Numbered from the stretch's first letter, positions 26,731-36,881 are shown. The stretch: DNA of 64,000 nt from an uncultured Alphaproteobacteria bacterium (GCA_902615745.1 CACMQB010000003.1:40041-104040); one strand, 5' to 3'. Made by a program: numbers and translations. Notes: generated by a model not told the origin, from the letters alone.

Positions 26731-26899
26731 TTTTTTCATTTTTTTTATGTTCCATAAGTAAGTGTTTTTCTTCAAATTTCAAAATATTAATGGTTTAGTT
26801 ATTTTTTTCTTACTATCACGGAAGTTTGTAAAATGTTGATAAAAAGTGGCAAATTTTATCAAAATCATCCAAATTTAATGCCAAATTTAACTAAAAATC

Positions 26900-26928
26900 T
26901 TGAATTTTAAATAGATAGATATTACTCT
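26900..26928 (+). promoter_or_regulatory. Putative sigma70 promoter of the downstream structured RNA
   Basis: TTGAAT (26900-26905), 17-bp spacer, TACTCT (26923-26928); predicted +1 near 26934-26935, at the first base of the closing stem. Confidence 0.55.
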
Positions 26929-26934
26929 TAATAA

Positions 26935-27069
26935 GCCGGATAATACTCGTTTCTTAGCTTCGGAGGAACGCCAAGAATTTTAATTATCTTACCCGCCGTT
27001 TGATAATTAGTTGAGTTTCTTATTCTAGAGAAGTGTCTGCCAAGGTACAAACTAGTTTTAGAGTCCGGC
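26935..27069 (+). ncRNA. Unassigned structured non-coding RNA (~135 nt, multi-stem junction)
   Basis: Terminal GCCGGA/TCCGGC pairing, three internal hairpins, G-U pairs that form only on the + strand, locally raised GC, upstream promoter, no ORF in the track. Confidence 0.7.
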
Positions 27070-28059
27070 CTACTTTAAATTTTTATTAAAAAATTCTTCC
27101 ATCTTTTTAGAGTATACTTCTGGATATTTAAACATAGCATCTACATGATAAGAGTTTTCAACTAACCAAAACTCAGCATTAATTTTATTTTGATTTGTGT
27201 ATTCTTTAAAATAATTAAAGTGTCTTGTTAACATTCTTGTATCAGAGTCGCCATGAGTAAAAAAATAATATTGGTTCTTTGATAATTTTTTAGCTGGAGA
27301 TAATTCTCTTGGATCTGTTCCAGTTAAGATTCTTCCAGCTAAACTAACTACTGGCCCAAATTCTATAGCAAGACCATATCTTGCTATTTCATCTTTTAAA
27401 ATCATATTAAATTCAGCAAGTGAACTATCTGCCCACACTGCACGTATTTCCGGTTCTGCATGTGCTGCAAAAATAGAGGTGCTTGCACCAAGAGATATTC
27501 CATGTAATCCAATGCTATTAGACTTGAAACCAATTTTTTTTAAAAAATCAAATGCACCAAGAATATCATTATATGACTTTAAACCTAAATCATCATAACT
27601 ACTTACAGTATCACTTTGGCCGTAGTTTCTTAAATCTATCGTAAGAACATTAAATTTTTTATTAACTAAAAAACTTGCAATAAGATTTGCTTCAGACTTA
27701 CATTTACCATTCGGGCTTATACCGTGTGTTACAATTATAATTGGTCTATTTGGAAAATAATTAAACAGCCATCCATTAATCTTAATGTCTGGGTCACGAG
27801 ATTGAAAGTATACATCTTGCCATTCATCTAAATAATAGTCTTTAAAGTTAAAATTTTCTCTTACTTTTTGTCGTGCAAGAATAGAATATTCATGTGAGTC
27901 AACTGCTGTACTCCATGAATTAGGAAGAGATCCTTCGTGTAAACCACAAGTTGGATCTATTTTTAAAATTTGATAAGCAACATAAAAACCTGCAGTAAAA
28001 TAAACTACTGTTAATAAAACTACAGTGCTTACTAAAAATCTGATTATATATTTCATCAA
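27070..28059 (-). CDS. Membrane-anchored alpha/beta hydrolase
   Basis: N-terminal TM helix, THG, DLRNYGQS, GISLG nucleophile elbow, HGDSD and a C-terminal His. Confidence 0.85.
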   Translation of the reverse strand: MMKYIIRFLVSTVVLLTVVYFTAGFYVAYQILKIDPTCGLHEGSLPNSWSTAVDSHEYSILARQKVRENFNFKDYYLDEWQDVYFQSRDPDIKINGWLFNYFPNRPIIIVTHGISPNGKCKSEANLIASFLVNKKFNVLTIDLRNYGQSDTVSSYDDLGLKSYNDILGAFDFLKKIGFKSNSIGLHGISLGASTSIFAAHAEPEIRAVWADSSLAEFNMILKDEIARYGLAIEFGPVVSLAGRILTGTDPRELSPAKKLSKNQYYFFTHGDSDTRMLTRHFNYFKEYTNQNKINAEFWLVENSYHVDAMFKYPEVYSKKMEEFFNKNLK

Positions 28060-29090
28060 TCTGGTTTTACTATAGTCATTTCATATAATCTGCTAGCAGT
28101 TCTTTTAAATTCTTCTGCTAGAGTATTTATATTATTTAATGAATTTATAGGTTTTGACGCTAAAATTACTATTGAACAATTATTTTCATATAACATATCA
28201 ATTAATCCAATAAATCTCCTGCACGCATCTTTTTTCTGATTATCAAATTCAGGAACATTTTTTAAAAATACCAACTTAAATTTATCTGCAATATTTTTGT
28301 AATCTTCATTACCAAAATTTACTTCACAAAGATTTTCAAAATCTATCATCATTAGATTTGATGTGGATTTATCAAACTCTAGTTCACGACTTTTAGATTT
28401 TATTTTTACAGTTGTTAAATGGGATGGATCAACAAAGCGATTAAATAATTTTTCAAATTCATTTGACGTTTCAGTTGTTATAGGTGTGAAATATGTCTTT
28501 GATTGATTTAAGGTTTGTCGACGAAAATCAGTTTTAATACTAATATCATAAAGAAAAAAATTTTTTTTAATTAAATCAATAAATGGCAGAAAGTCATTTC
28601 TCTGCAAACCATCTTTATATAAATTATCTGGATGAAAATTTGACGACAGTAATACAAATATTTTATATTTAGAAAAATAATTAAATATTTTTTTTATTAT
28701 TAGTGCGTCAACAATATTAAAAATATGTAATTCATCAATAAATATTATTTTGTAATCTTTACTTAAATTTTTTACATAGTTTTCAATTGCAAGTTCTTTA
28801 TTTTCTGATTTTTTAACTTGTTCATGGATTTCATTCATTAAGTTATTAAAATGAATTTTTTTTCCAATCTTAGTATTTTGATAAAATAAATTTAATAAAA
28901 ATGTTTTTCCTGTTCCAACTTGACCATAAAGATAAATTCCTTCGAAAATTTTATCCTTAAAAAATAACTTTGTTTTACTAAAAGATGACCATACATTATC
29001 TGCTTGTTTTAAAAATTCAATTTGATCTTTATTTTTTTTAATAAAATTATTTTCAACAAAACTATTGTATTGATCAATAACATTAAACAT
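28056..29090 (-). CDS. zapE: AFG1/ZapE family ATPase
   Basis: GIYLYGQVGTGKT, FIDELH, SNFHPDNLYKDGLQR and FKRTASRLYEM motifs. Confidence 0.9.
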   Translation of the reverse strand: MFNVIDQYNSFVENNFIKKNKDQIEFLKQADNVWSSFSKTKLFFKDKIFEGIYLYGQVGTGKTFLLNLFYQNTKIGKKIHFNNLMNEIHEQVKKSENKELAIENYVKNLSKDYKIIFIDELHIFNIVDALIIKKIFNYFSKYKIFVLLSSNFHPDNLYKDGLQRNDFLPFIDLIKKNFFLYDISIKTDFRRQTLNQSKTYFTPITTETSNEFEKLFNRFVDPSHLTTVKIKSKSRELEFDKSTSNLMMIDFENLCEVNFGNEDYKNIADKFKLVFLKNVPEFDNQKKDACRRFIGLIDMLYENNCSIVILASKPINSLNNINTLAEEFKRTASRLYEMTIVKPD

Positions 29091-29230
29091 TATTTTTTAC
29101 CTAAGTACTGTTCAAGTTGTTTTAAAGTTTCTAGTTCACCGCTGCTGATGCTTCTATTTTCTTTTTTCTTTTTTAATCTTTTATATTCCTTGATTAGAAA
29201 ATTAAGACTCTCCATTATTTGTTTATTCAT
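29090..29230 (-). CDS. Small hypothetical protein (46 aa), absent from the ORF track
   Basis: MNKQIMESLNFLIKEYKRLKKKKENRSISSGELETLKQLEQYLGKK; ATGA overlap with the upstream MFS stop and TAATG overlap with the zapE start. Confidence 0.75.
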   Translation of the reverse strand: MNKQIMESLNFLIKEYKRLKKKKENRSISSGELETLKQLEQYLGKK

Positions 29231-30417
29231 GTTTTATAAATTATAGGTAAAATTGATGATACAACAATCATAATGGAGCTGATTAAAAATATAACTGATA
29301 TTCCATAACCCCAATCAATAATATAACCAAAAACTACAGGCGATAAGGCACTCGCGAAAACCCCTACTGCGTGCAGTAAAGCTTTAGCAGTTCCAATACT
29401 TTTCACTCCGTAAATTTCTGCCCAGAGTGATCCCATAAACGGTGCTGATAAACCTAAGTTAAATCCAAATAAAGACATGTAAAGCACGAATGACCAATAA
29501 TTATTAAAGAAAAAAAGAATGGTGATACAGAGTAACAAAGGTAATAGCACAAAAGGTATTGCTTTCTTTGTATTTATCTTATCTATTAAGGGTCCTCCTA
29601 TTAATAAACCTAAAATAGAAAATAATCCAAAATATATATAACCGTTCCCAAGCATTTCCATTGTCCATCCTTTAGCATCAAAAATATAAATCTGATGAAA
29701 CATTAGCCCAGTACCAATAAATGGAAAGGCTGCAGCTAATGGAAAATAAATGAAAAAAACTCGGTCTTTTAAAATTTCTGTAATGGTCCAACTTTTATGT
29801 GTTTTCTCATTATCAATATTTTTTTTAAGAGCAGCATCCCTGCTTTTTTGATTATGAAGAATAAAGTATATTATTGGTACTAAGATCAAAAGAGTCAAAG
29901 TTGTTAAAAACCAAAGAGTTTTAAAATTAAAGTATGAGTCCAAATTAACGATAATCTTTGGTAAAAACATTATACCTAACATTCCTCCAAGTGTTGCAAC
30001 AGATATTGCCTTACCTCTATCAATTAAAAAATATCTTGCCATTGAAGTTGAGCCGGCATGTGTCATAGCTCCCTGTCCAAAAAAACGTAATAAAAATAAA
30101 ATAAGAAAAAGATGAAAAATATTATTGAAAATAAAATAAAAACCAATGCAAGCAAAAGCTAAACCAAGAATAATACCTATGGAGTATAATCTTAAATCAA
30201 TTTTATCTATTAATTTAGCAAAGTTTATAAATAAAAATGAACTTACAAGCGTCGCTATAGCATAAACTAATCCAAACTCACCATCAGTTATTTTATATAG
30301 ATTTCGAATATCATCGTTAAATAATGCAATGTAAAAAGTCTGTCCAAAACTTGCAAAGAAGACCATGACAAATCCGTATACTAAGAGATTAGGATCATTT
30401 AAAAAAAATTTTTTCAT
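29227..30417 (-). CDS. MFS transporter
   Basis: About 12 hydrophobic segments; FGQTF, LLRFFGQG, RYF...RGKA and WAEIYG patterns. Confidence 0.88.
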   Translation of the reverse strand: MKKFFLNDPNLLVYGFVMVFFASFGQTFYIALFNDDIRNLYKITDGEFGLVYAIATLVSSFLFINFAKLIDKIDLRLYSIGIILGLAFACIGFYFIFNNIFHLFLILFLLRFFGQGAMTHAGSTSMARYFLIDRGKAISVATLGGMLGIMFLPKIIVNLDSYFNFKTLWFLTTLTLLILVPIIYFILHNQKSRDAALKKNIDNEKTHKSWTITEILKDRVFFIYFPLAAAFPFIGTGLMFHQIYIFDAKGWTMEMLGNGYIYFGLFSILGLLIGGPLIDKINTKKAIPFVLLPLLLCITILFFFNNYWSFVLYMSLFGFNLGLSAPFMGSLWAEIYGVKSIGTAKALLHAVGVFASALSPVVFGYIIDWGYGISVIFLISSIMIVVSSILPIIYKT

Positions 30418-30423
30418 TATAGT

Positions 30424-31095
30424 TTAAAGCAATTTTTTAATACTATTTAAAAGCTTTACCATTTTACTTTTATCTATTCTTCCTGTGTTAACATTTCGTG
30501 GGCTTGGATGATAACTACCAACTAAAATTTTCTTATCGGGTAAAATATTCATAGATCCGTGAGAAAAAATAAAATCTTTATTTCGTATTTCATATTGTTG
30601 CTTATAATAATTTACACAGGCGTCATGACCAATTTTACCAAGGGCAACAATGACTTTTATTTTTTTTAAGAAAGCAATTTCTTGATTAAAAAAATTAAAA
30701 CATGTTTTCAATTCTTGTGAAGTAGGTTTATCTTCTGGGGGTACACATTTAAGAGCAGTAGTTAAGTACATATTTTGAAGTTCCAAACCGTCACCTCTAT
30801 CTACTGAATCTGGTTGGTTTGCAAATCCAGTTTTATATAAACAGGAAAATAAAAAATCTGCAGATTTATCCCCTGTAAAAACTCGACCTGTTCTATTGCC
30901 TCCATGCGCTGCTGGCGCAAGACCTACCATTAATAATTTAGCTTTTTCATCTCCATAGCCAGTAATGGGCTTACCCCAATAACTTTGATCAATATATTGT
31001 TTTCTTTTTTCTTTAGCAATTTTTTCACGGAAGTTAACTAAGCGTTCACACTTTCTGCAATGAATAATGGATTTGTTTAAATTACTTAATGTCAT
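30424..31095 (-). CDS. Uracil-DNA glycosylase, family 5 (UdgB-like, Fe-S)
   Basis: CxxC near the N-terminus, GLAPAAHGGNRTGRVFTGD, KCVPP and YHPSPRN motifs. Confidence 0.9.
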   Translation of the reverse strand: MTLSNLNKSIIHCRKCERLVNFREKIAKEKRKQYIDQSYWGKPITGYGDEKAKLLMVGLAPAAHGGNRTGRVFTGDKSADFLFSCLYKTGFANQPDSVDRGDGLELQNMYLTTALKCVPPEDKPTSQELKTCFNFFNQEIAFLKKIKVIVALGKIGHDACVNYYKQQYEIRNKDFIFSHGSMNILPDKKILVGSYHPSPRNVNTGRIDKSKMVKLLNSIKKLL

Positions 31096-31125
31096 TTGGA
31101 AGATATATATTTATATTACAGCTCT

Positions 31126-31689
31126 GTGATTAATGAAAGAGCTAAAGCTATTCTAGAATTTTGTTTCATCAAAACTCCACTTGAACAGTGGTTTAAAAAA
31201 GATGATGAATTTGATAATATATTGAAAAGTCATTTTATGGATGATTACATTAAGGCTATTAATAATGAGTATGATAATTGGAGAAATGATGCTGAAGAAT
31301 GTGTAGCTTTGATTATATTACTTGATCAACTATCAAGAAATTTTTTCAGAAATAATTCAAAAGCTTATGACCAGGATACTAAGTGTGTTTTAATTGTTAA
31401 AGAAGCAATAAATAAAAGATATTTAGATAGCCTAGAAATTGATAAAATACATTTTTTATTACTGCCATTAATTCATAGTGAGGACATCATGGATCATGAA
31501 CTTGGTCATAAATTAGTCGATCAATATTTAAATAATCATCCAGAATATACTAATATAAAAAAAGCTTGGAATGATCATAGCGTGGCAATTAAAAAATTTG
31601 GAAGGTATCCGCATAGAAATAAAATACTAAATAGAAAATCAACAAATGAAGAAGAGTTATTTTTAACACAACCGAATAGTTCTTGGTAA
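31126..31689 (+). CDS. DUF924 family protein
   Basis: WFKKDDEFD, ALIILLDQLSRN, PLIHSED and FGRYPHRN motifs. GTG at 31126 preferred over TTG at 31096, which abuts the divergent gene. Confidence 0.85.
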   Translation: MINERAKAILEFCFIKTPLEQWFKKDDEFDNILKSHFMDDYIKAINNEYDNWRNDAEECVALIILLDQLSRNFFRNNSKAYDQDTKCVLIVKEAINKRYLDSLEIDKIHFLLLPLIHSEDIMDHELGHKLVDQYLNNHPEYTNIKKAWNDHSVAIKKFGRYPHRNKILNRKSTNEEELFLTQPNSSW

Positions 31690-31697
31690 ATTAAGAT

Positions 31698-32624
31698 ATG
31701 CTTTTAGAAAGAAATTTTTCAGATATTTTAAAACAACTTCAGTTTAAAAAAGGGAAAATTAAAGCAATTCTTGATACAGATACCTACAATGAAATTGATG
31801 ATCAATTTGCTTTAGTGCAAATGTTGTTTTCAAAAGAAAAAATTGAAGTGCAAAGTATAAATGCCGCTCCTTTTTCAATGAATAATCGTTCGGATAATCC
31901 AAAAAAGGGAATGGAGCTTAGTTATGATGAAATCTTTCGATTGTTAGAAAAAATAAATTTTAAAAAAAATAATTTTGTTTTTAAAGGATCAACAAAATAT
32001 GTAGGTTTTGAAAAAAAACCAATTAATTCGCCTGCAGCAGATAATATCATAGAAAGTGCTTTAAAATGTTCTGAGGAAGATCCTCTATACGTATTGGCTA
32101 TCGGCGCTATTTCAAATGTTGCCTCTGCTTTGTTAAAAGAGCCAGAAATTATAAAAAAAATTGTTGTAGTTTGGTTGGGAGGTAACGCGCTTTATTGGCC
32201 ACAAAATATGGAATTTAATCTAAAGCAAGATATTGGAGGTGCTCAAGTTTTATTTGATAGCGGCGTTTCTCTGGTTATGGTTCCTTGTAAGGGAGTAACT
32301 TCGCATCTTATTTCAACAGTTCCAGAAATAGAAAAATACATCGAACCTCATGGTGAAATCGGTAAATTTCTTGCAATGCGATTTAAAGAGTACAATAGTA
32401 TCCATAAAGGTTGGTCAAAAGAAATTTGGGATATGGCAGCTGTTGGTTATGTCTTAAACGAAGACTGGGCACCAACTAACACAATTCCATCTCCAATTCT
32501 TTTAGATGATATGAAGTGGGCTTCAGATAAAAATAGACACCCAATTAAAATTGTCTATGAAATAAAAAGAGATCCTATTCTAAAAGATTTCATTCAAAAA
32601 TTAGAAAATTTCAATAATAAATAA
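31698..32624 (+). CDS. Nucleoside hydrolase (IU-NH family)
   Basis: DTDTYNEIDDQFAL Asp-rich motif, AIGAISN, WLGG, EFN and IWD. Confidence 0.88.
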   Translation: MLLERNFSDILKQLQFKKGKIKAILDTDTYNEIDDQFALVQMLFSKEKIEVQSINAAPFSMNNRSDNPKKGMELSYDEIFRLLEKINFKKNNFVFKGSTKYVGFEKKPINSPAADNIIESALKCSEEDPLYVLAIGAISNVASALLKEPEIIKKIVVVWLGGNALYWPQNMEFNLKQDIGGAQVLFDSGVSLVMVPCKGVTSHLISTVPEIEKYIEPHGEIGKFLAMRFKEYNSIHKGWSKEIWDMAAVGYVLNEDWAPTNTIPSPILLDDMKWASDKNRHPIKIVYEIKRDPILKDFIQKLENFNNK

Positions 32625-32635
32625 TTATAATAAAT

Positions 32636-32710
32636 GGTCTCGTGGTGAAATGGATATCACACGTGTCTTCGGAACATGGATTTGGGGTTCGAGTCCCTAC
32701 GAGACCGCCA
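32636..32710 (+). tRNA. tRNA-Arg (anticodon UCG)
   Basis: Full cloverleaf: acceptor GGTCTCG/CGAGACC, D-loop with GGA (A20 Arg identity), anticodon loop CT-TCG-GA, T-loop TTCGAGT, encoded CCA; 75 nt. Confidence 0.96.
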
Positions 32711-32711
32711 A

Positions 32712-33755
32712 TTAAATATTTATTTTTTCTGAATACTTTGAAATTATTAACTCAGCAATTTGAACAGCATTAAGCGCTGCTCCTTTGCGCAAATTATCCG
32801 AGACCACCCATAAATTCAAACCATTATCTATTGATTGATCATTTCTAATTCTACTAATATACACTTTATCCTCTCCTGCAATTTCAACAGGAGTTACATA
32901 ACCCTCATCTTTTCGATGATCAATTACTGAAATACCTTCAGAGTTAGATAATATTTCGTTAGCTTCTTTTTCATCTAATGGTGAGTCAAACTCTATATTT
33001 ACAGCCTCTGAATGGCCAATAAATACAGCTGTTCTAACACAAGTTGCTGAAACATTAATTCCCTCGTCTAGAATTTTTTTTGTTTCATCAATCATTTTTT
33101 GCTCTTCTTCAGTATTACCATTTTCTAAAAAAGCTCCAATGTGTGGAATGGCATTAAAAGCAATTTGTTTTGTAAACTTTTCTTTTTTTAATTCTTGGTT
33201 TGCATAAACATTTTGAGTCTGATTAAACAATTCATCCATACCTGTTTTACCTGCTCCAGAAACAGCTTGATATGTTGATACAACAACTCTGTTTATAATT
33301 GCTTTTTCATGAAGTGGTTTTAATGCAACAACCATTTGTATAGTTGAACAGTTAGGATTTGAAATAATATTAGTTCTGTTTTCATCATCAAAAAATTCAT
33401 CAAGTGCACTAGCGTTTACCTCAGGAACGATTAAAGGAATATTTTGTTGCATTCGAAAATGAGAGGTATTGTCTATAACAATACATCCTGTTTTAGCTGC
33501 TTTTGGTGCATATTCTGCAGAAATTTTACCACCAGGTGAAAATAGACCAATGTGAGCTTTTGAAAAATCAAATTCTGATAAGTCTTCTACAACAATTTCT
33601 TTATCTTTAAACTCTACTTTTTTGCCTTTTGATTTTGATGATGCAAGTAAATATAAATTGTCTATTGGAAAATCCCTTTGCTCTAATATTTGAACTATTT
33701 CTGTTCCTACCGCACCTGTTGCTCCTGCTACTGCTATGTTATATTTTTGAGTCAT
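32712..33755 (-). CDS. asd: Aspartate-semialdehyde dehydrogenase
   Basis: GATGAVG, NPNCST, STYQAVSGAG and DNLRKGAALNAVQIAE motifs. Confidence 0.97.
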   Translation of the reverse strand: MTQKYNIAVAGATGAVGTEIVQILEQRDFPIDNLYLLASSKSKGKKVEFKDKEIVVEDLSEFDFSKAHIGLFSPGGKISAEYAPKAAKTGCIVIDNTSHFRMQQNIPLIVPEVNASALDEFFDDENRTNIISNPNCSTIQMVVALKPLHEKAIINRVVVSTYQAVSGAGKTGMDELFNQTQNVYANQELKKEKFTKQIAFNAIPHIGAFLENGNTEEEQKMIDETKKILDEGINVSATCVRTAVFIGHSEAVNIEFDSPLDEKEANEILSNSEGISVIDHRKDEGYVTPVEIAGEDKVYISRIRNDQSIDNGLNLWVVSDNLRKGAALNAVQIAELIISKYSEKINI

Positions 33756-34868
33756 TTAATTTCCAGATAGAATTTTTAATTCTTCAATAACAGCATTACC
33801 CATTTCTTGAGTTGAGATAATTTTTTCTGCTCCATCTTTTATATCAGCTGTTCTTAAACCTTTTAGTAATACATTCTGTACAGCTTTCTCAATCATTTGA
33901 CTATCTTCTTGCATATCAAAACTATATTTCAACATCATAGCAAAGCTCATGATCATTGCTAAAGGGTTTGCTTTAGATTGCCCAGCTATATCTGGCGCGC
34001 TACCATGAACGGGCTCATACATTGCTGCTCTAGTTCCATTTTCTTTAACTGGTCCAAGAGCTGCTGAAGGAAGCATTCCTAAAGATCCTGTTAGCATAGC
34101 TGCAGTATCACTTAAAAGATCGCCAAATAAATTATCTGTAAGTATAACATCAAATTGTTTTGGATAACGAACTAACTGCATTGCACAATTATCTGCAAGC
34201 ATGTGTTCCAGATTAACATCAGAATATTCCTTTTTATGTAAATCTGTTACGGTTTGTTTCCAAAATAAACCTGTTTCCATTACATTTGATTTTTCTACTG
34301 ATGTAACTTTATTATTACGCAACTTTGCTAGATCAAATGCTACTCGTGAAACTCTATTAACTTCTGATGTGGTATATAGTTGAGTATCAACTGCCTTACT
34401 TTCAGTCTCACTAATTTTTGATATACCTCTTGGTTGTCCAAAATATACACCACTTGTTAACTCTCTTATTATCAAAATATCTAATCCTTTAACAAGATCA
34501 GATTTTAAAGATGATGAATCTGAAAGAGCATCTAAAACAACTGCTGGCCTTAGATTAGCAAAGAGATCTAGGTCTTTTCTTAATCTTAATAAGGCTGCTT
34601 CAGGTCTTTTATCTCTTTCTACGTTATCCCATTTAGCGCCTCCCACAGCACCAAATAACACTGCATCACAATCCGTAGCTACTTGCATTGTTTCATCACT
34701 TATAGAATTACCTTCTTTATCGTATGCCGTACCACCAACTAATCTTTCAGAAATATCAAAAGATAAAGATTTAGTTTTTTCCATCCAATCAATGATCTTT
34801 AATACCTCAGCCATAACTTCATTGCCAATTCCATCACCAGGTAAAATTAAAATTTTTTTATTACTCAT
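33756..34868 (-). CDS. leuB: 3-isopropylmalate dehydrogenase
   Basis: [15 protein letters not shown] and [12 protein letters not shown] motifs. Confidence 0.97.
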   Translation of the reverse strand: MSNKKILILPGDGIGNEVMAEVLKIIDWMEKTKSLSFDISERLVGGTAYDKEGNSISDETMQVATDCDAVLFGAVGGAKWDNVERDKRPEAALLRLRKDLDLFANLRPAVVLDALSDSSSLKSDLVKGLDILIIRELTSGVYFGQPRGISKISETESKAVDTQLYTTSEVNRVSRVAFDLAKLRNNKVTSVEKSNVMETGLFWKQTVTDLHKKEYSDVNLEHMLADNCAMQLVRYPKQFDVILTDNLFGDLLSDTAAMLTGSLGMLPSAALGPVKENGTRAAMYEPVHGSAPDIAGQSKANPLAMIMSFAMMLKYSFDMQEDSQMIEKAVQNVLLKGLRTADIKDGAEKIISTQEMGNAVIEELKILSGN

Positions 34869-34874
34869 TTTTGA

Positions 34875-35477
34875 CTACACTATCCAAGGTTGGATACTGT
34901 GTATTTTTTCTTCGTGAACATCAATTTTTTTATTTTTTTGGAGCGTCAAACCAATATCATCCAAACCCTCTAGCAAACATTTTTTTCTAAATGCATCAAT
35001 TTCAAATTCTATTGTTTTATCATTTTGATAAGTGATTTTTTGATTTTCTAAATCAACTGAAACATCATTTTTATTTTCTGCTTCGTTCATTAATATATCT
35101 ACCTTTTGTTGATCTAACTTAATTGGCAGTATTCCATTTTTAAAACAATTATTATAGAAAATATCTGCGAAGCTTGGTGCAATTATTGACTTAAAACCAA
35201 AATCTAAAAGTGACCATGGTGCATGCTCTCTACTTGATCCACAACCAAAATTTGCCCCAGCAATTAAAATTGTTGAAGTTTTATAAGGGTCCCAGTTAAG
35301 AACAAAATCATTCTTTATGTTACCTTGAATATCGTATCTTAATTCATGAAATAAGTTTTTTCCTAAACCAGATCTCTTTATTGTTTTCAAAAATTGTTTT
35401 GGAATAATCATATCGGTATCGACATTAATCATTGGTAGTGGTGCAGGGATACCAATTATTGTTTTAAATGATTCCAT
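34875..35477 (-). CDS. leuD: 3-isopropylmalate dehydratase small subunit
   Basis: NVDTDMIIP and NFGCGSSREHAPW motifs. Confidence 0.97.
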   Translation of the reverse strand: MESFKTIIGIPAPLPMINVDTDMIIPKQFLKTIKRSGLGKNLFHELRYDIQGNIKNDFVLNWDPYKTSTILIAGANFGCGSSREHAPWSLLDFGFKSIIAPSFADIFYNNCFKNGILPIKLDQQKVDILMNEAENKNDVSVDLENQKITYQNDKTIEFEIDAFRKKCLLEGLDDIGLTLQKNKKIDVHEEKIHSIQPWIV

Positions 35478-36881
35478 TTATAAATCCTCTGCTGTTGCAA
35501 AAGAACCTTTTATTGCAGAGGCAGCAGCTATTGCAGGACTAACAAGATGTGTTCTACCTTCTCTACCTTGTCTACCTTCAAAATTTCTATTTGATGTTGA
35601 TGCACATCTTTCTTGCGGTTTTAATTGATCTGGATTCATAGCTAAACACATGGAGCAACCTGGCTCTCTCCAATCAAATCCTGCTTCAATAAAAATTTTA
35701 TCTAAACCTTCTTCTTCAGCTTGTTTTTTTACTAGACCTGAACCAGGAACGATCATTGAGTCTACAGAAACTTTTTTACCCTCTACAACTTTGGCAACTT
35801 CTCTTAAATCCTCAATTCTTCCATTAGTGCATGAGCCAATAAATACTTTATCAATTTTAATTTTTTGTATTTCTTGTTTGGGTTCTAAACCCATATATTC
35901 AAGAGAACGTTCCATAGCCTTCTTTCTATTCGGATTACTCTCTTCTTGTGGGTTTGGTACTATACCATCTATAGCAACAACGTCTTGTGGGCTTGTGCCC
36001 CAAGTAATTTGTGGTGAAATATCTTCAGCATTAATTAAAATTTCTTCATCATATTTTGCGCCCTCATCAGATGGAAGAGATTTCCAAAATTCTACCGCTT
36101 TATTCCAATTATCTCCTGATGGAGCGTACGGTCTACCTTTAATATATTCAAAAGTTCTTTCGTCAGGAGCGATTAAACCAGCTCTAGCACCTGCTTCAAT
36201 ACTCATATTACAGATTGTCATTCTTCCCTCCATAGAAAGAGAGGAAATTGCATTACCAGCATATTCAATAACATAACCAGTTCCACCAGCCGTTCCTATT
36301 TTTCCTATGATATGAAGAATAATATCTTTTGCTGTAACACCTAAGTTTAACTTACCTTCAACAGAAATTCGCATATTCTTTGCAGGTTTTTGAATTAAGG
36401 TCTGAGTAGCTAATACATGCTCAACTTCACTTGTGCCGATACCAAAAGCTAATGCACCAAATGCTCCGTGTGTTGCTGTATGACTATCACCACAAACTAT
36501 TGTCATACCTGGCTGAGTAATGCCTTGTTCTGGTCCAACTATATGAACTATACCTTGTCTGCTATCTAATAATGGAAAAAGTGTAACATCAAAATCTTTG
36601 CAATTTTTTTCTAGTGTTTCAACCTGAATTCTACTTTCTTTATTCTCTATACCTTTAGATCTATCTGAGGTTGGAACATTGTGATCAGCTACAGCAAAAG
36701 TACTTTCAGGCCTTCTAACTTTACGATTATTATTTCTTAAACCTTCAAATGCTTGAGGGCTTGTAACTTCATGAACAAGGTGTCTATCAATATATATAAG
36801 ACAAGTTCCATCTTCTTGTCTATCAACAAGATGATGTTCCCAAATTTTATCAAAAAGAGTTTTAGGATTATTTATTGTCAT
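35478..36881 (-). CDS. leuC: 3-isopropylmalate dehydratase large subunit
   Basis: [25 protein letters not shown] and [12 protein letters not shown] motifs. Confidence 0.98.
   Translation of the reverse strand: MTINNPKTLFDKIWEHHLVDRQEDGTCLIYIDRHLVHEVTSPQAFEGLRNNNRKVRRPESTFAVADHNVPTSDRSKGIENKESRIQVETLEKNCKDFDVTLFPLLDSRQGIVHIVGPEQGITQPGMTIVCGDSHTATHGAFGALAFGIGTSEVEHVLATQTLIQKPAKNMRISVEGKLNLGVTAKDIILHIIGKIGTAGGTGYVIEYAGNAISSLSMEGRMTICNMSIEAGARAGLIAPDERTFEYIKGRPYAPSGDNWNKAVEFWKSLPSDEGAKYDEEILINAEDISPQITWGTSPQDVVAIDGIVPNPQEESNPNRKKAMERSLEYMGLEPKQEIQKIKIDKVFIGSCTNGRIEDLREVAKVVEGKKVSVDSMIVPGSGLVKKQAEEEGLDKIFIEAGFDWREPGCSMCLAMNPDQLKPQERCASTSNRNFEGRQGREGRTHLVSPAIAAASAIKGSFATAEDL

Noticed and set aside
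26935-27069. Identity as RNase P RNA, 6S, 5S, SRP RNA, tmRNA or a riboswitch
   Set aside because: GGAGGAACGCC only loosely resembles GAGGAAAGUCC and no P4 partner pairs. There is no SRP GGAA loop motif, no T-loop or CCA and no simple 6S rod, and no same-strand gene lies downstream. Judged by eye only.
31096-32710. DUF924 and nucleoside hydrolase as a tRNA-anchored genomic island
   Set aside because: No integrase, no duplicated tRNA 3' end found, the genes lie on the 5' side of the tRNA, and composition matches the flanks.
35650-36276. Long antisense ORFs (also 24468-24932, 39813-40280, 41307-41756, 9424-9735 and others)
   Set aside because: Shadows on the opposite strand of well-conserved genes, with Ser/Phe/Ile-rich composition and no motifs.
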